From: Balanoglossus misakiensis
Lineage: Eukaryota > Animalia > Hemichordata
NCBI GenBank assembly: GCA_040954595.2
Contig: CM082594.2
Span: 2,002,247 to 2,066,246 of the forward strand
Length of the DNA: 64,000 bases
Reading direction: 5' to 3'
Positions 61,936-64,000 of this stretch are shown here, one piece after another. A program made the position numbers and the translations under genes. Below the pieces are notes generated by a model. It did not search any database. It saw only the letters and a list, made by a program, of their open reading frames with translations, and was not told the origin of the DNA. Every line of letters begins with the position of its first letter. Positions within the stretch are counted from its first letter, which is position 1.

Positions 61936-63543
61936 AGGGTAATAACTTGTCATCATAGTCACTAATTGGTAAAGGTACTTGGAAGTATGACGTAATGATG
62001 ACGTAATTGATTATTATATCAATTGTTTGCAATAATTAGATACTTTACTCAATCAGCTTTCTGTTGATATCAAACACATCACAGTTTTCATCAGTACAAT
62101 TGCACAGAGACATGTTTTGCAAAACCTCACATTTATAGGTGAACAGAACACCATTTTCGTAAGGGTATTTTGACTTATGACGTCACTATGATGTCATGAT
62201 TTGTCATATCACTTTTAGTTTGTAATTAATGGAAAGCTTGTTTATTAAGCTTTCTTTTGATACCAAATACATCCCTGTTGTTCGAGGTATATGTTCAGAG
62301 AGACAGTATTTTACAAGACTAATTTACCCCCCTACGTCAATTTATATGCACTTTTAGGCTTTCCTACATACGTTACCCAATATAATTTAGAAGCCAATAA
62401 CTCGAAAACGCCCCGGTGCCCAGATGGCAAACAAAGTGAATTTTACTCAGTATATGATAGGCTTTCAGAAAAACATTGTCTCGAAAATTTCCCCGGGGGG
62501 GGGGGGTAAACCCCTACTGGCTCATACGTAGACGTCAGGACACTTGCTGCACCAAATATGTTAAATGATAACTTATTTGAGGATGTCATGTGTGACACCT
62601 AGGTGAAGTATCAGATGGAGAAGGCACTTAGGGGACAGTGTGATGGGCTGGGGTTATTCATTTTAGAAAATGTTGTAAAGTGTTGTTTTTTTAAATCCCT
62701 GGCCACGCAGTTGCCAAACTTTGTAGGAAACAAATGTGGAAGAGACAATCAGCTCTTAAACACAGAACATCTGTCAAAAAGTCCCTATGTGGTAGCCTCA
62801 AAGACATAACCAATGAGTAAAAATTCCCATAATTCGACTGTGACTGTGTACTTAAATAGTTAATACACATAGTACACCTGTTATAGGTCTGAATTCTAGT
62901 TGGAGTAAAGAAGTACAAACACGCGAAGAATATTGTGGTTTCTCCATTTGCTACTTCAAGATGGCGCCCTTTTTAGCAGAAGTCATAATATTGACCTCGG
63001 GACATTTCTTCAAGTTGACATACACTTTTTGGCAGGTTAAAGCATGGTTAAAGGTTGTGTTTGAATTAAATTTGTTACTAATGATACCTTTATGTTAAAA
63101 ATACATACCATTTTGCTTAAACATTTCAACCAAGGGACCATGAGAACTCAAGAACATTTTAAAGCACCATGTATATGTACCTGACTTCTGATATTATTAA
63201 AGATTTATCCCAGTGAGCCATTACAACTATGGATTCACCCAAAAGTGTACCCGAAAATATGCAAATGTAACACGTGACCTCATTATATATTCATAATGGC
63301 CACGGTAATATTTTTACTTTTTTCACACATTTTTCAATTTTTATACAATAATTACAAGGAAATGAATTTCTACAGTAATACTATATTCCCAATAAGTCTA
63401 TATATTTTAGTGTGTATTTTTCATTTTACACTTCCTGCATTCACATTTCTCCTGGAAATGAAGTAACAGTTTCATAATAATTGTCAGCTATTGAATATTG
63501 AAATAATAAAACAATGTTAAAAATAGACAGTAAGAATGAGAAC

Positions 63544-63693
63544 CTGGCAGCATTTGTCCACATGGTTTCCAATTAATGATTTCCCATGGGAGGCCTGGCT
63601 GTACACACGAATTTCACCCAGCGCCTTGTCGAGTCTCCTGAAAGTATAGCCTGCATCCCTGGGTAATCCCTCTTTCTTGCTACATCTTTCTCT
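63544..63693 (-). pseudogene. 150-bp exon of a spliced Chapaev/Transib-like (CMC-group) transposase
   Basis: CATACAG acceptor and CAG|GT donor, phase 0 at both ends: RERCSKKEGLPRDAGYTFRRLDKALGEIRVYSQASHGKSLIGNHVDKCCQ. Resembles the LD..L....V.RQAYHG.SF.GNH..K motif as I recall it. Confidence 0.65.
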
Positions 63694-63815
63694 CTGTATG
63701 CAGAAATGTTAAATTATCAAACTTTTTGACATTATATGTCAAAAGCTGTGGAGGAAAAGCTAGTCGTGACAGTATTCTTAAAAGAGATAAGCAACACAGT
63801 AATCCAGGTAATAAC

Positions 63816-64000
63816 CTTAAGTTTTGCCATTGCTCTGAGCCTCTCTTGATCACATGATGCTCTTGATATATCATTGAATGACGTGCCAGCATCATCATTG
63901 TCACTATCACTGTCATCATGAAGCAGTTCCTGCACAATCTGCTTTTCTAGCAACGCAGCCTCGGCCTCATCAGAGTCTGCCTCCCTCTCCAATCTCACGA
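63816..64000 (-). pseudogene. Upstream exon (coiled-coil/acidic) of the same putative transposase; runs off the window
   Basis: Open frame RLEREADSDEAEAALLEKQIVQELLHDDSDSDNDD...RLRAMAKLK ends at a phase-0 AAG|GT donor, 122 bp from the next exon. Confidence 0.55.

Noticed and set aside
62541-62560. CAC-starting terminus (CACTTGCTGCACC) of the transposon encoding the 63544-64000 exons
   Set aside because: No partner TIR or TSD is visible in the window, and a CAC trinucleotide alone is not evidence.

Overview
AT-rich eukaryotic DNA, almost entirely decayed or non-autonomous transposable elements, tandem repeats and microsatellites. The repeat repertoire suggests a marine invertebrate, possibly a hemichordate-like deuterostome, but that is inference only. 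No intact host gene, rRNA, tRNA or CRISPR array is supportable. Recognisable coding relics: a Tc1-type transposase pseudogene with an unusually long D-to-E spacer (about 42 aa); a DIRS-type RT/RNase H relic split by a Harbinger-like MITE; a hAT transposase fragment; an L2/CR1-type LINE 3' end present as an inverted duplication; a Gmr1-like Gypsy LTR element (gag-PR-[INT remnant]-RT-RNase H) split by a 2.9-kb TTAA element; two phase-matched exons of a spliced Chapaev/Transib-like transposase at the right edge; and a few orphan exon relics. Many elements have readable TIRs and target-site duplications and are nested up to several layers deep. Most ORFs in the supplied track are artefacts of repeats. 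I did not find a clearly new functional biological system. The most novel-looking signals are the DD42(E) Tc1 spacing, a satellite-carrying element with a 5-bp TSD, and the spliced transposase.
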